From a virus, in IMG/VR virus record IMGVR_UViG_3300025655_000017: a stretch of DNA of 64,000 nt. One strand, written 5' to 3'. Below the pieces are notes generated by a model. That model had not been told where the DNA came from, did no database searches, and saw only the letters and a program-made list of their open reading frames with translations. Every line of letters begins with the position of its first letter. Position 1 is the first letter of the stretch. This document shows, piece by piece, positions 1 through 10,095 of the stretch. The translations under genes and the position numbers were made by a program.

Positions 1-2
1 CG

Positions 3-92
3 ATTACGACAGGCCAACGAATAAGGCCAGACGTAAATAGCATAACAGGAAGCCCGAACGGACTAATGATGAATTTGATAATCGAAAAATAA
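3..92 (+). CDS. 3' end of a gene entering the window (partial)
   Basis: Frame 3 is open from the window start (ITTGQRIRPDVNSITGSPNGLMMNLIIEK) to TAA, 7 nt before the next ATG. Confidence 0.5.
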   Translation: MTTGQRIRPDVNSITGSPNGLMMNLIIEK

Positions 93-99
93 CAACCAA

Positions 100-765
100 A
101 TGAAAAAGTATTTCCTTTTCTCCCTGCTGCTGGTGTGCAGCCTATTTGCAAACGCGCAGGAAATTATTGTTGATGCCGACACATACGTACAGTATCAGGA
201 TTCGCTGTTCATTCTGCGAACGGTACAGATCACCAATGCTGGCTTAGATGGCCGCAACGACACAATTATCCGGTATATCCCGCCAGCGGTAGACACGGCT
301 GGATTGATTGACTTGATAAAGACCAAAGCCATCAACACAGCAAACGAACGGGTGGCATTCCTGCGGCGTTCACTGGTTTTTCGCCGGGCCATCCAGGACA
401 ACAACGGCTACGATACCCAGCTTAATGCACTTGGCGCGGACCTTGATGAAACCCTGGTATTGCAGTATGGCGCACGAATTAAAGGCCGCTACCGACTTGT
501 AACAGCTACCCAAGATTTCCAGGTAATTATTGGCGACCATCCAACCAGGGCCGACGTATTGCGCGCTGTTGGCACTAATAACGAAGGTAACTTCAACGTC
601 CAAATTCGTGGCCGCTGGTGGCTTGCAATCACTATATCAGGATCAGCAACCAATCTAATCTGGGATGGCGACAACGAGAACCGCCAGGTGTGGCGACACC
701 CTACATTTGGGTTGCCTAATGTTATGGCAACGCTGAACCCAACCAGGCTTATTCGGCTGGATTAA
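100..765 (+). CDS. hypothetical secreted protein
   Basis: 221 aa ORF with a Sec-type signal peptide (MKKYFLFSLLLVCSLFANA/Q); GC-richer block. Confidence 0.75.
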   Translation: MKKYFLFSLLLVCSLFANAQEIIVDADTYVQYQDSLFILRTVQITNAGLDGRNDTIIRYIPPAVDTAGLIDLIKTKAINTANERVAFLRRSLVFRRAIQDNNGYDTQLNALGADLDETLVLQYGARIKGRYRLVTATQDFQVIIGDHPTRADVLRAVGTNNEGNFNVQIRGRWWLAITISGSATNLIWDGDNENRQVWRHPTFGLPNVMATLNPTRLIRLD

Positions 766-778
766 CCTAAAAAACCAA

Positions 779-1417
779 ATGAAATCATTAAAATACCTGC
801 TGCTGATTGTTCTTGTCCTGTCTTTTTCGTGCAATCAACGCGAGGTGGAACAGACTTTTCAGCTAATTACAGTCAAAGAAGGTCGCCACAGGTCAACACC
901 TTATGACCTGACATGGAACACTGACACAAACATTATCTACGAATACAGCACCAACGCAACATGGGCCTATGAATTGGGTGACGTGGATCAATGCGATTGG
1001 AATAAACTTGGTGGGTATTCGATGCACCTGCTGAACAGCCGGAAGAATAGCATCATGATTGGTGAAAGGTATGACCGATCAGGCAAAATCCTTCTGTCGC
1101 CATACTACCATGAAAATGGGTCAACGGTTTGGGTCAGCGCATTGTGTACAGAACTAGGTGACGAAGAAAGCGAACCAGAATGGGGTGACAACGTGATTAC
1201 TGTTGAAATCGGTGAATCATTCCAGGTGCATTGGACTATCAATGAAGACATTGATTATACTGCAATGACAATAATCACAGCCAACGGTATTTTGTTTTTT
1301 GACAAGTGGTGGAGTGAAGACTTCAATCGGACCAAGGAGATTTCGCCTTGGTTTGGCGGCAACAGAACGGCACCACATGACTGGATGATATACCGAAGGT
1401 TGCTGTCTGTTGAATAA
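779..1417 (+). CDS. hypothetical lipoprotein
   Basis: Lipobox-like LSFS/C after a hydrophobic N-terminus. Confidence 0.75.
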   Translation: MKSLKYLLLIVLVLSFSCNQREVEQTFQLITVKEGRHRSTPYDLTWNTDTNIIYEYSTNATWAYELGDVDQCDWNKLGGYSMHLLNSRKNSIMIGERYDRSGKILLSPYYHENGSTVWVSALCTELGDEESEPEWGDNVITVEIGESFQVHWTINEDIDYTAMTIITANGILFFDKWWSEDFNRTKEISPWFGGNRTAPHDWMIYRRLLSVE

Positions 1418-1452
1418 GCAAATGATTTTTTAAAACCAAAATTTCTATCAAG

Positions 1453-1935
1453 ATGAAACTGAAGGACATTATTTCAAAACTCAATATCAAAGCGTTGTTG
1501 TTTGCGCTGATCGGAACCCTGTTGGGAATACCTGCTGCCAACGTAGCTGTTGACGCAATCAATGAAGGATCAGAACCAACTTACCTGTCGTCAACCGATC
1601 TTTCCGAACTTGCTGCAAAGCCTGGCAAGGTCTGTGAATGGAAGTTCAAGATTGAAGACACCAACGTATTTTTGTCGCACCTGGTCCAGCTTCAGCAAGC
1701 CAATTCTGCTGCACCATGTAACTGTGAAGCGGCAATTCCTCAGTGGCTACCAACGTTCACAGCCTATGTCACCAGCGAAACGGCCAACCTAACCAGGGAT
1801 GAAATACTTCGATCAGTCAAAGCACCAAAAGGGTTCCTGATTGGACAATGGAATGATCCCAAAATCTATTTGGTTGGCAGAAAGCTTTGTGACCTGCCAA
1901 GCGAAGCCCCAAAACAACCTGTTGATGAAAAATAA
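1453..1935 (+). CDS. hypothetical membrane-anchored protein
   Basis: N-terminal hydrophobic helix; stop overlaps the next start. Confidence 0.7.
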   Translation: MKLKDIISKLNIKALLFALIGTLLGIPAANVAVDAINEGSEPTYLSSTDLSELAAKPGKVCEWKFKIEDTNVFLSHLVQLQQANSAAPCNCEAAIPQWLPTFTAYVTSETANLTRDEILRSVKAPKGFLIGQWNDPKIYLVGRKLCDLPSEAPKQPVDEK

Positions 1936-2674
1936 GATCGTTCTTGACGAAATCACAGATAATAGCAGGTACATTGATTTAGCTGGATTCGCAACGGCTG
2001 TGACTGTCACCGGAACCTACAAAGGCGACAGGATTGTCTTCAAAAACGCATCCAAAAAGCTGATTGACTTTGTTGATGTTCACATTCATTGCACACGCAC
2101 AGAACCCGACGGTGATGCGCTGGTGTTTGCTGATACATTGACAGACTGCAAGATCACTGGTAGCAATTGCCACATTCAATATGGTGGCCTAACCTTTTGG
2201 GGTAAACTGGAAAACGTTGGAATTGCTAATTTTACAATACTATTTCCTCATACGGGAATTAGATTTACACAAGATCATTTTCATCAGAAAGTTTCAATTA
2301 TTAACAACACTATTATTGGTGCATCACATGAGGGCATATATTGCGGCATCTCAAAAGCTACTACTAACCCTTGCAATTTGATTCTTATTGCAGGAAACAA
2401 TATATCTACAACAGGGTGGGATTTAATTCAAGTAGGGAACTTTAAAAATACCTATATCACTAATAACATCATTAAAGATGGTGAAATAAAAAGAGATGCT
2501 GGGCAAGAACATTTTATTACTATTAACCCCAATTCATTAGCTTGGATATGGAATAATCAAATAACTGGTGATGGTAAAAAAATAGCTGTTTTAGATGCCA
2601 GATGTTTTTTTGAAGCACCTGACAATTATAGTTTTAAAGGTTTTTATTTTAATGATATAATTAGATTACTTTAA
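1925..2674 (+). CDS. right-handed beta-helix (pectin-lyase-fold) protein
   Basis: Repeating I-x-NN-x-I / GI motifs (IINNTI, IAGNNI, ITNNII, IWNNQI); likely start at ATG 1925 coupled to the upstream stop; base composition switches at ~2220. Confidence 0.65.
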   Translation: MKNKIVLDEITDNSRYIDLAGFATAVTVTGTYKGDRIVFKNASKKLIDFVDVHIHCTRTEPDGDALVFADTLTDCKITGSNCHIQYGGLTFWGKLENVGIANFTILFPHTGIRFTQDHFHQKVSIINNTIIGASHEGIYCGISKATTNPCNLILIAGNNISTTGWDLIQVGNFKNTYITNNIIKDGEIKRDAGQEHFITINPNSLAWIWNNQITGDGKKIAVLDARCFFEAPDNYSFKGFYFNDIIRLL

Positions 2675-3794
2675 AAGGCATTGGACTATAACTTAAAATT
2701 TTATTTAAATTTTCAGCCTCACCTGCTTTTCTTTCAAGTTGTTTATCACTTCTTAAATCTGTCAGAAAATCTTGTAATTCAGTTTTTAATTCACTAAATT
2801 CTTCCTTAGCTTCGGCTAATAAAATATCCCAATCAAGTTCTAATGAATCACCCCCCATGTTAACAAGCTTACCTTTAAACTTACCTCTTGCTCTTCCTAA
2901 GACTTGTTTGGTATAAGCAGTCAACCATTTTCTTATCCAAGTCTTAGAGAAATGATTTAAATCACAGTAATCTTGTTTTGGTAAATCAATTTGTGTTGGT
3001 GAATAAATTTTTTCACAGTCTTTTCTACACTCTGCTGCATCTGAATCATTTAAAATGTTGGTATCATAATACTCATACCAAACTTTACACCTATACATAT
3101 CTCTGTTAAAACTTCTTGTTCTATTATTTTCAGGTAATGAAAATAAGTGTAACAATCTAGTCCCATTCGGCCCTTTTGTAATACGATATGTTAAATCAGA
3201 ATTTAACATTCTATCAGTTATACTAAGGTGTGCAGCTCGTAAAATAACATCATGAGCTGGGAACAATGGGAAAACTCCACCTACACCTGCCCCACCAAAT
3301 CCAAAACTACCATAGGGAGCTAACCCACTCCCACTAAGACCCATATTACCATAGCCCCATGAAGAAAATATAGCTGCATCAATCTGTGAGGGGGTCATAA
3401 ATAAAACCTTTTTTACTTCTCTACCAGCCGGAATTTGATATACTTGATTACCTTCAACTATATCTACAAATCCTTTTTGTAATTCAAATCGGCCACCTCT
3501 TGAAGATAAACCAATATCTTCACTATATGCTTGAGCTAATGTTAGTTCATAATCAAAAGAAGCAGTCGTCAACGACAGACACACATCATTTGATGTAACA
3601 TTTTTACCAAAAAATGATGAAAATTTATTATTAATTATCCACATGTGCAAATAAGCATAAAAATCATCAATTGTCAATCTTAATAATGAACACCAATCCT
3701 CATAATTAATTTCTAACTCAAATCTACCCCCAGTTAACAAGATTTTAATATCTTGATATAGACATTTTAATTCTTCTGAACAATTGGTTTCCAT
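2661..3794 (-). CDS. neck / head-tail adaptor protein (T4 gp13-like)
   Basis: C-terminal WIRKWLTAYTKQVLGRARGKF...GG...LDWDILLAEAKEE matches the gp13-family pattern; putative late promoter upstream. Confidence 0.75.
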   Translation of the reverse strand: METNCSEELKCLYQDIKILLTGGRFELEINYEDWCSLLRLTIDDFYAYLHMWIINNKFSSFFGKNVTSNDVCLSLTTASFDYELTLAQAYSEDIGLSSRGGRFELQKGFVDIVEGNQVYQIPAGREVKKVLFMTPSQIDAAIFSSWGYGNMGLSGSGLAPYGSFGFGGAGVGGVFPLFPAHDVILRAAHLSITDRMLNSDLTYRITKGPNGTRLLHLFSLPENNRTRSFNRDMYRCKVWYEYYDTNILNDSDAAECRKDCEKIYSPTQIDLPKQDYCDLNHFSKTWIRKWLTAYTKQVLGRARGKFKGKLVNMGGDSLELDWDILLAEAKEEFSELKTELQDFLTDLRSDKQLERKAGEAENLNKILSYSPMPFKVI

Positions 3795-3950
3795 TTATAA
3801 CTTTAGATATAAATAGTTATTAATAATATCTTCAAGATAAAAAACTACTCTATTTAACCGATCTCGTAAATCATTTTAAAGGTTATCATTATTCATAACC
3901 TCTTTAATTTGCGTTTTAATTTCTTTTAACTTGTTTCCCATAATTATTTT

Positions 3951-4292
3951 TTAATAAGATTGACCTTTATAATTTAATTCAATACCTGTTATTTCAAAAT
4001 AAAGATTTTGAAGTTCATGGACGTATTCTATTGTTTTAATATGTGACATACTGGATAATGGATAAACATAATATTTTCTATCGCGTTTATAACTAATACT
4101 AAAACAAAAGTCTTCTTTTGTATAAAAACCACCCTTAAAGTTAAAATTAAAATTTTCAAACCAACCATGACCCAAAGGTATAGGTTTTATGTAAATTTTA
4201 TTTTGTCGATAAGATTCAAACCATTGATCAATTACTACTGGAATTCTCCATTTTTCATCAGGTCGTGATCTTGCTATTACAAAATTAGTCAT
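3951..4292 (-). CDS. hypothetical protein
   Basis: 113 aa ORF; C-terminal YVHELQNLYFEITGIEL motif resembles those of Bacteroidota phage proteins. Confidence 0.7.
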   Translation of the reverse strand: MTNFVIARSRPDEKWRIPVVIDQWFESYRQNKIYIKPIPLGHGWFENFNFNFKGGFYTKEDFCFSISYKRDRKYYVYPLSSMSHIKTIEYVHELQNLYFEITGIELNYKGQSY

Positions 4293-4298
4293 TCTAAA

Positions 4299-4592
4299 TT
4301 AGCTTCCAAACTCAGAAAAAGAAAATCCTATCTCAATTTTTGATATTTTCATCACTTTTTTAATGTCGCCTATCGAATGTATCCCTTGAGCTGTATTGTC
4401 CAATGGATAAACAATTGTATCCTTATTTAATAAGGGCGCAATTTCATTTGTCCAAGATAGTTCACCATTATTATTTCTTAATGCGACTTTTAGAAAATTA
4501 TCTTCTATATTTTCTAAATACTGAATAGGTAATTCATCATCAATTAGTTTGATGTATCCACTGTCTTTTAAAATTCCAAATGTTGTACTCAT
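4299..4592 (-). CDS. hypothetical protein
   Basis: 97 aa ORF in an operon-like arrangement. Confidence 0.65.
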   Translation of the reverse strand: MSTTFGILKDSGYIKLIDDELPIQYLENIEDNFLKVALRNNNGELSWTNEIAPLLNKDTIVYPLDNTAQGIHSIGDIKKVMKISKIEIGFSFSEFGS

Positions 4593-4617
4593 AATTTATT
4601 TTTTTTAAGTGATAAAA

Positions 4618-7600
4618 TTAATCATTTATTTCCAAAGAAACAACCTTTTTTCTCTTTAATTCTTTTTTTTCTTCGTTAATGTATGTAGATACATCCTGAA
4701 TTTCATACATACCTCTACCTTTATGCTCTAAGTTACAATAATATTGGAGCATTTTAAATGTCTGTGCTTCACTCACCGGACTCAGAAAATCAATTTTAGA
4801 ACAAGCAAATAGATTTTTTCTAAAGTTAATGGTATATCTATTAATAAATTCTTTAGTTATATTATTTGGAATATTACCATTTAAAGCAGAATTTATTAAT
4901 GATTTATACATGTGATAATGTTCAATTTCTTCTGATTGACCATTAATACAACTTAATTTATATCTAATATTTTTATTAGCATCTAATACTTGTTCTATAC
5001 AGAAAAATTGACTTAATAAAGTCTTAGCATCTCCAAAAGAATCAATAGGAGAATCACCAACCTTAGTTTTAATATCATTAACTAAAGCAATTAATCCTTG
5101 CTTCAAATAAGAAGGTTTTTTATCTTCTTTAAACCATCTTTCATATCTATTTTTAAGTTCTTTTGCAAATAAACTATGATAGTCAACTCTATTGTCAAAG
5201 TATTTTTCACGCTCTTGCTTTTCTATACGTAACTGATTAGAGAATTTTTTATACCAAAGATTATTGAAAATATTATTTTGCCATTCTTCCATTACATTCC
5301 ACACATCATTTAATGTCATATGGCGATATAAATAAACAATATTTTTTCTAATCTGAAATTCAAAATCTGGTAAATCACTTTTAAGTGCTAAAACATTAAT
5401 ATTTTCATCTTTAATAGAATCTTTTATTTGATCTATTGTTTCATTCTCAATGATATTTGTTTTAATTGCAACCTGTTTTTCAAAAATATCATTTTTTATA
5501 TTTCTTCTCAGGTTTTTTAATCTTTTTTTAGTGGCATTATCAATTGTTTCTTCAACAACAATATTACCCCTATATATCCAAGAATATTCCTTTAAAAGTT
5601 CTGCCATATATTCCTTATCTCGGTTACAGTATTGTAATTCTTTTAAATAAGCTTCATGGGCGATTGTAAGGTAGTTTATTTCATAGTTGTTATGACTTTT
5701 AAGGTACATGTGCACCTGATTATTTAAAGTGTCTAAAAGCACCTTAGATTGAGTCTTATAAGTAATTTTCTTAATTTCATTCGTTAATTCAACTAATTCT
5801 TTCTGATATTGTAATATACCATCAAAATAGAAATCTGGAACCTCATCAGAGTATTTTTGATAGGTATAGATATTTTCAGGTACTGTCTTTCTAAATCTAT
5901 TTACCACTTGTTCCATAATATAGACAGACTCTGCTGTGCAAAAATGTAATGTTGATACATTTAAGTTATTAATATTTAATCCTTCTGCTACTAAAGAAGT
6001 ACAGAAAACTAAATTATATTTTTCCTCTATTAATTCTTTTTTAATAATGTGTTCAAAAGATGGATGGGTTTTATTATCATTATTTAGAAATAACATTTTT
6101 TCTTCTTCCCAACCTTTTTCAATAAAGTAGTTCTTAAATGTACCTAATTCACGCTCCATTTTTTTGGATTGTAAATAAATAATATTTAACCCATCTTTAT
6201 TACATAAAGATTCAGTAGCTGCTGGCTTGTCAGAATATAATACATTGGAGAAATATTTTAATCTTTCTTTTATAACTTTTATAATTTCATAGTCTTGAAA
6301 TTCAGGAATAATATTTTTTATATATGTTCCTGTCCACATAACAACCTTTTTAAAATAATTTAAGTGATTTAAAATAAACAACATGTCCTCAGCCCTAAAT
6401 TTTTCAGATGATGAAGTTATGAAATTCTGAGCTTCATCAACATGTAATGAATAATCATCAATATTGTACTGTGGACTAGTGCTTAATATGTGAAATAATG
6501 CAGGAAAAGAACTATACGTGCAAATAATTAAATCCCTTTTTGGGTTAATATTCTTCTTTACACCATAAAACACACTTGCTTTATGAGCATTTTCCATTGA
6601 TTCTAACAATGGAATAACTGGGACTAACACAATTCTTTTTCCTGAAATATTAGAACAAATATTAGTAGTTTTACCAGTGCCCGTATAAGCCCACATGATA
6701 GTTTTATCACAATATTGTAAATTAAGATCGCTTAAATATTGATCATCTTTAAGAACATAAGTATTTTTAGCAATTGTTTTTTCAGCAATTATTTTTTTCT
6801 CCCACTTTATACCAAACAAATATGCATTAACTTCAAAAGTCCAATCATAATAATCATTTAAATCAATGTTATTTTCATTGACTTTATTTTCTTGAATATA
6901 TGTTAGTGCATAATTTTTACTAATACCATTTTGCATAGTATTAACAAAATACTTATAAAGCATTTTATATTGATTACTTTCATCTAATATCAGGTAATCA
7001 CCTACCTTACCAGATACATTTTCATGGACATTATATCCAGCTTCTTTTTTCTCATTTATAAGGGCAATCTGTTGTTCAAGACGTTTTTTTTTATCATTAT
7101 CAACTACTACTCCATAAATAAAATATGGATTACTATATATCTTATGGACTAGATATATGTATGTATTATTACTAGAATGATTTAACAAATATTCTATAAA
7201 AGTTTCCTTTGCTATACCTTTTTCTTTTACTGCAATTGTTAGTTCCTTGATGTTTTTCCGAGTAAAATTATTAATGTTTAATTTTGCCTCTAAAAATGAG
7301 ATATAGTCTAACTGTTTTTTCAGAGTACCGACAAATAAAACGTTAAAATCAACAATTGTTCCTTCGATTTCATTTATACAATTTTCGTAAAAAGTGCCAA
7401 ATTGTCCACCATAAGAATTATAGATTTGACTGGCAAACCCTGAAACGGTGCCAATATTTCTATAACCCAATAAAAGATTATATTTATCTTCATTAGCTTT
7501 ATCTTCTAAGTAAGATAAAGCAATTTCCATTTCAATTCCTAATATGTTTGTTTCTGAAAAATACTGTCTATAAAAATAATAGTTTAGTCTCCCTTCACTA

Positions 7601-8358
7601 TTATTGATGCTATCATCGTTTGAATACCATTTGTTAAGTACATACTCAAGTGTACTTACTTCATTTAACCCGTATAAATCTTTATTGAGATTAAAATTAT
7701 TAACAATTTCTTTTGCTACAGGCTCAATAGCATCAATTTCATATGAATATGTACTAATATACATATCCGGGTCATAGGATAATGCATTTAATCTAGTAAA
7801 ATCTTTAGTTGCTTTATCTAGCTTAAGAAAATGCTGCCCATCAGTATATTGAGTAAATCTTTCTTCTATTAAAACCTTATAATGTTCCCATGTAGTAAGG
7901 TAATTTTTTAGTGTTAGACCATTAATTTTTAAAAGAAAGCCCATGCCGTTTAATCCGAATGATCTCCATGCGGCAACGACATAGGCTTCTGAAACCAAAA
8001 AACGTATGACATAATCTAAATTATCTGTTTCATCTATATCATAATAGATATATGATGTCAGATTATCGTCAGAAAGTTCTGACTTTTTTCTTTTTTTACC
8101 TTTTAAATCAATAGACCACGTAATAGCACCAGTGCTATTTTTTACATAGTCATAGTAATTAACCTTGACATTTTTGCCATATTGAAAAAGGTTATATATT
8201 TTTTCAGTATTCTTTTTTCCAGATATACGTGCTTGAATAATATCCTTTTTCAAGGGATTATTTTTTATAAATTCGTATCCCTGTTCAAGAGTTACAGATT
8301 CATTGCTAGTCCCACTTTTGTTCAAGGCTTCAAACCTTGAAAATTTTATCTCAGTCAT
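4618..8358 (-). CDS. BT4734/VirE-N-like primase domain fused to an SF2 helicase (replication/origin-binding-like protein)
   Basis: N-terminal YYDID...WRSFG..G...DKATKDFTRLNALSYDPD. SF2 motifs: AYTGTGKT (I), LVP (Ia), CTY (Ib), HVDEAQ (II), WTGT (III), CTSLVAEGLNI (V), QVVNRFR (VI). Confidence 0.75.
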   Translation of the reverse strand: MTEIKFSRFEALNKSGTSNESVTLEQGYEFIKNNPLKKDIIQARISGKKNTEKIYNLFQYGKNVKVNYYDYVKNSTGAITWSIDLKGKKRKKSELSDDNLTSYIYYDIDETDNLDYVIRFLVSEAYVVAAWRSFGLNGMGFLLKINGLTLKNYLTTWEHYKVLIEERFTQYTDGQHFLKLDKATKDFTRLNALSYDPDMYISTYSYEIDAIEPVAKEIVNNFNLNKDLYGLNEVSTLEYVLNKWYSNDDSINNSEGRLNYYFYRQYFSETNILGIEMEIALSYLEDKANEDKYNLLLGYRNIGTVSGFASQIYNSYGGQFGTFYENCINEIEGTIVDFNVLFVGTLKKQLDYISFLEAKLNINNFTRKNIKELTIAVKEKGIAKETFIEYLLNHSSNNTYIYLVHKIYSNPYFIYGVVVDNDKKKRLEQQIALINEKKEAGYNVHENVSGKVGDYLILDESNQYKMLYKYFVNTMQNGISKNYALTYIQENKVNENNIDLNDYYDWTFEVNAYLFGIKWEKKIIAEKTIAKNTYVLKDDQYLSDLNLQYCDKTIMWAYTGTGKTTNICSNISGKRIVLVPVIPLLESMENAHKASVFYGVKKNINPKRDLIICTYSSFPALFHILSTSPQYNIDDYSLHVDEAQNFITSSSEKFRAEDMLFILNHLNYFKKVVMWTGTYIKNIIPEFQDYEIIKVIKERLKYFSNVLYSDKPAATESLCNKDGLNIIYLQSKKMERELGTFKNYFIEKGWEEEKMLFLNNDNKTHPSFEHIIKKELIEEKYNLVFCTSLVAEGLNINNLNVSTLHFCTAESVYIMEQVVNRFRKTVPENIYTYQKYSDEVPDFYFDGILQYQKELVELTNEIKKITYKTQSKVLLDTLNNQVHMYLKSHNNYEINYLTIAHEAYLKELQYCNRDKEYMAELLKEYSWIYRGNIVVEETIDNATKKRLKNLRRNIKNDIFEKQVAIKTNIIENETIDQIKDSIKDENINVLALKSDLPDFEFQIRKNIVYLYRHMTLNDVWNVMEEWQNNIFNNLWYKKFSNQLRIEKQEREKYFDNRVDYHSLFAKELKNRYERWFKEDKKPSYLKQGLIALVNDIKTKVGDSPIDSFGDAKTLLSQFFCIEQVLDANKNIRYKLSCINGQSEEIEHYHMYKSLINSALNGNIPNNITKEFINRYTINFRKNLFACSKIDFLSPVSEAQTFKMLQYYCNLEHKGRGMYEIQDVSTYINEEKKELKRKKVVSLEIND

Positions 8359-8377
8359 ATATATCTATTGGTTTCCA

Positions 8378-8408
8378 CAAAGATAAGAGAAATGTTTTTA
8401 CTATGCAA
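8378..8408 (-). promoter_or_regulatory. Bacteroidota housekeeping-type promoter for the primase-helicase gene
   Basis: Minus strand TTGC...TATCTTTG (-33/-7 TAnnTTTG consensus) just upstream of the start. Confidence 0.7.
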
Positions 8409-8569
8409 CTCTTTTGATGAAAAATCTCACATATATATTTTTGTTATTTATAACTAATAGTATAACTTTTATTGTAAAAAGTTTATAATGTTTTATCTAA
8501 TAAGAGTGATTCAGTATTTTTAATTGCACTAAATAACTGATATACATTGTATTAAACTAGATTGAAAAA

Positions 8570-8593
8570 AAATTTTAACATATGTTAAAATTT
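8570..8593. repeat. 24-bp perfect palindrome, copy 1
   Basis: AAATTTTAACATATGTTAAAATTT is its own reverse complement. Confidence 0.9.
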
Positions 8594-8651
8594 AAATGGC
8601 TGTATTAATAAGAAATTTAAATAATTATATTATTATGAAAATATAATTATT

Positions 8652-8909
8652 ATGAATGTACCTGATATTTTAGGAGTCGAAGTGATAACGCCTGATGGGA
8701 GAGGAAGCATTTTATCTTTAAATCCTGCAAGAGTTACTGTCCATTTAAACAGAACTCATCGTAATCAAGTAATGAAAGGCAGTCATGCTGGGATAGGGGC
8801 TTTGCATTATTCTTATGAATATGATGAAGTTGAAATTATAAAAGGACAATATTGTTTTAACGATGAAAGGATCAATTGGCAATATGATAACATTAATATT
8901 AACCCATAG
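8652..8909 (+). CDS. small hypothetical protein between the twin palindromes
   Basis: 85 aa ORF, more GC-rich than its flanks. Confidence 0.7.
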   Translation: MNVPDILGVEVITPDGRGSILSLNPARVTVHLNRTHRNQVMKGSHAGIGALHYSYEYDEVEIIKGQYCFNDERINWQYDNININP

Positions 8910-9007
8910 TTGTTTTTTATCATAGTATAATTAACTATATAGGGGGAAGCACACTTTTTAATGCATCTAACTAGTTAACTATAAGCATTTTATAATTCAC
9001 AGTCATA

Positions 9008-9030
9008 AAATTTTAACATATGTTAAATTT
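9008..9030. repeat. palindrome, copy 2
   Basis: AAATTTTAACATATGTTAAATTT; 16-bp perfect core TTTAACATATGTTAAA shared with 8570-8593. Confidence 0.9.
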
Positions 9031-9063
9031 TGGCGGTTTTCTCTAAAATTTAATATTTTCATT

Positions 9064-10095
9064 ATGCAATTATATTTAAAAAAAAGAGAATACATGGATT
9101 TTTTGGAAAAAATAAAAAATAGGGGATCAACAGTATACTTCATTGATGTTGACCACAAGGGACAATATAGTGAAATTGTTGACTATTTTTATCAAATTGC
9201 TTTAAAGGTTTCTCAGACTCATAAAGTAATTATTTTACATGATAAGAAAGATTACGTCAAACCTTATTATACTACTCGATTTGATGGATTAGAACATTTA
9301 TCGTTTGAGGAGTTACAAGCGAAAGAAATAAAAATTTCGGCTGCTGATTTTATTTTCGTCATGGAATATTACCTTGATGTGGTAAAACAATTAAGAGAAA
9401 CTAAAATTCCTGCTGAAATAGTTTTAGTGGTTGCCAATTTTAGTGCAATTTTACCCTCACTTGATATGGGTGATAATTGGTATAATTATGGCATTAAAAA
9501 TGTTGTGGTTACAAATGATTTTACTAGATCATTTTGCAGTAAGTTTTTTCCTACTATAAACTACCATGTTTATAATTCTAACTTAGAATTGCCACTAAAA
9601 GATAAAACAACTTTAGATAATCCTACTATCTTGATGGTAAATGGATCAGTCACAAAAATCGAAGATATTGTAAAAGGATTTTTTCTTGCCTATCCTCAAT
9701 ATAGTTTCGTTCCCATTAAAACACTTGAGTTAAGTGAATATCAGAACATATATGAGCAATTTGATAATTGCAGTGTGGCTGTATTTATGGATGACTTGTC
9801 TTCTGAGTATGATTTATTGAAAATGGCACTAACAAGAGGTGTAAATACAATAGGATTGATACCAAAACTTGCTCCTAGTTGGTTTATCAACGAAGAGGGT
9901 GCAATTAAATATGGAGAGTGGACAAATAACCCTTATCGTTTAATTGATTTACTAGCAATGCATTTTGATGCTTGGATTAGTGATAATAATAGACAACAAG
10001 AACCCGTCTCATTTTCTGTTTACGATAGTGACATTATGGATAAACTTATGGAAAACCGTATTGATTTTTTAGAAAAAATAGTAAATAAATCATGA
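9064..10095 (+). CDS. putative glycosyltransferase (GT-B-like, divergent)
   Basis: Rossmann-like alternation; C-terminal CSVAVFMD...LKMALTRGVNTIG resembles the GT4 E-A-M-x-x-G region; overlaps a GT2 gene. Start could be 9094. Confidence 0.5.
   Translation: MQLYLKKREYMDFLEKIKNRGSTVYFIDVDHKGQYSEIVDYFYQIALKVSQTHKVIILHDKKDYVKPYYTTRFDGLEHLSFEELQAKEIKISAADFIFVMEYYLDVVKQLRETKIPAEIVLVVANFSAILPSLDMGDNWYNYGIKNVVVTNDFTRSFCSKFFPTINYHVYNSNLELPLKDKTTLDNPTILMVNGSVTKIEDIVKGFFLAYPQYSFVPIKTLELSEYQNIYEQFDNCSVAVFMDDLSSEYDLLKMALTRGVNTIGLIPKLAPSWFINEEGAIKYGEWTNNPYRLIDLLAMHFDAWISDNNRQQEPVSFSVYDSDIMDKLMENRIDFLEKIVNKS

Noticed and set aside
195-2179. Several overlapping short ORFs in the GC-richer block, plus similar antisense ORFs elsewhere (e.g. 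5450, 15641, 28744, 49658, 58503)
   Set aside because: They overlap better-supported genes and have no recognisable motifs.
3795-3941. Small minus-strand ORF with an internal TAA (3876-3878); together with the HNH TAA it hints at ochre recoding
   Set aside because: TAA is the dominant true stop in this window, long genes are intact in code 11, and no suppressor tRNA was seen. Point mutation or chance is more likely.
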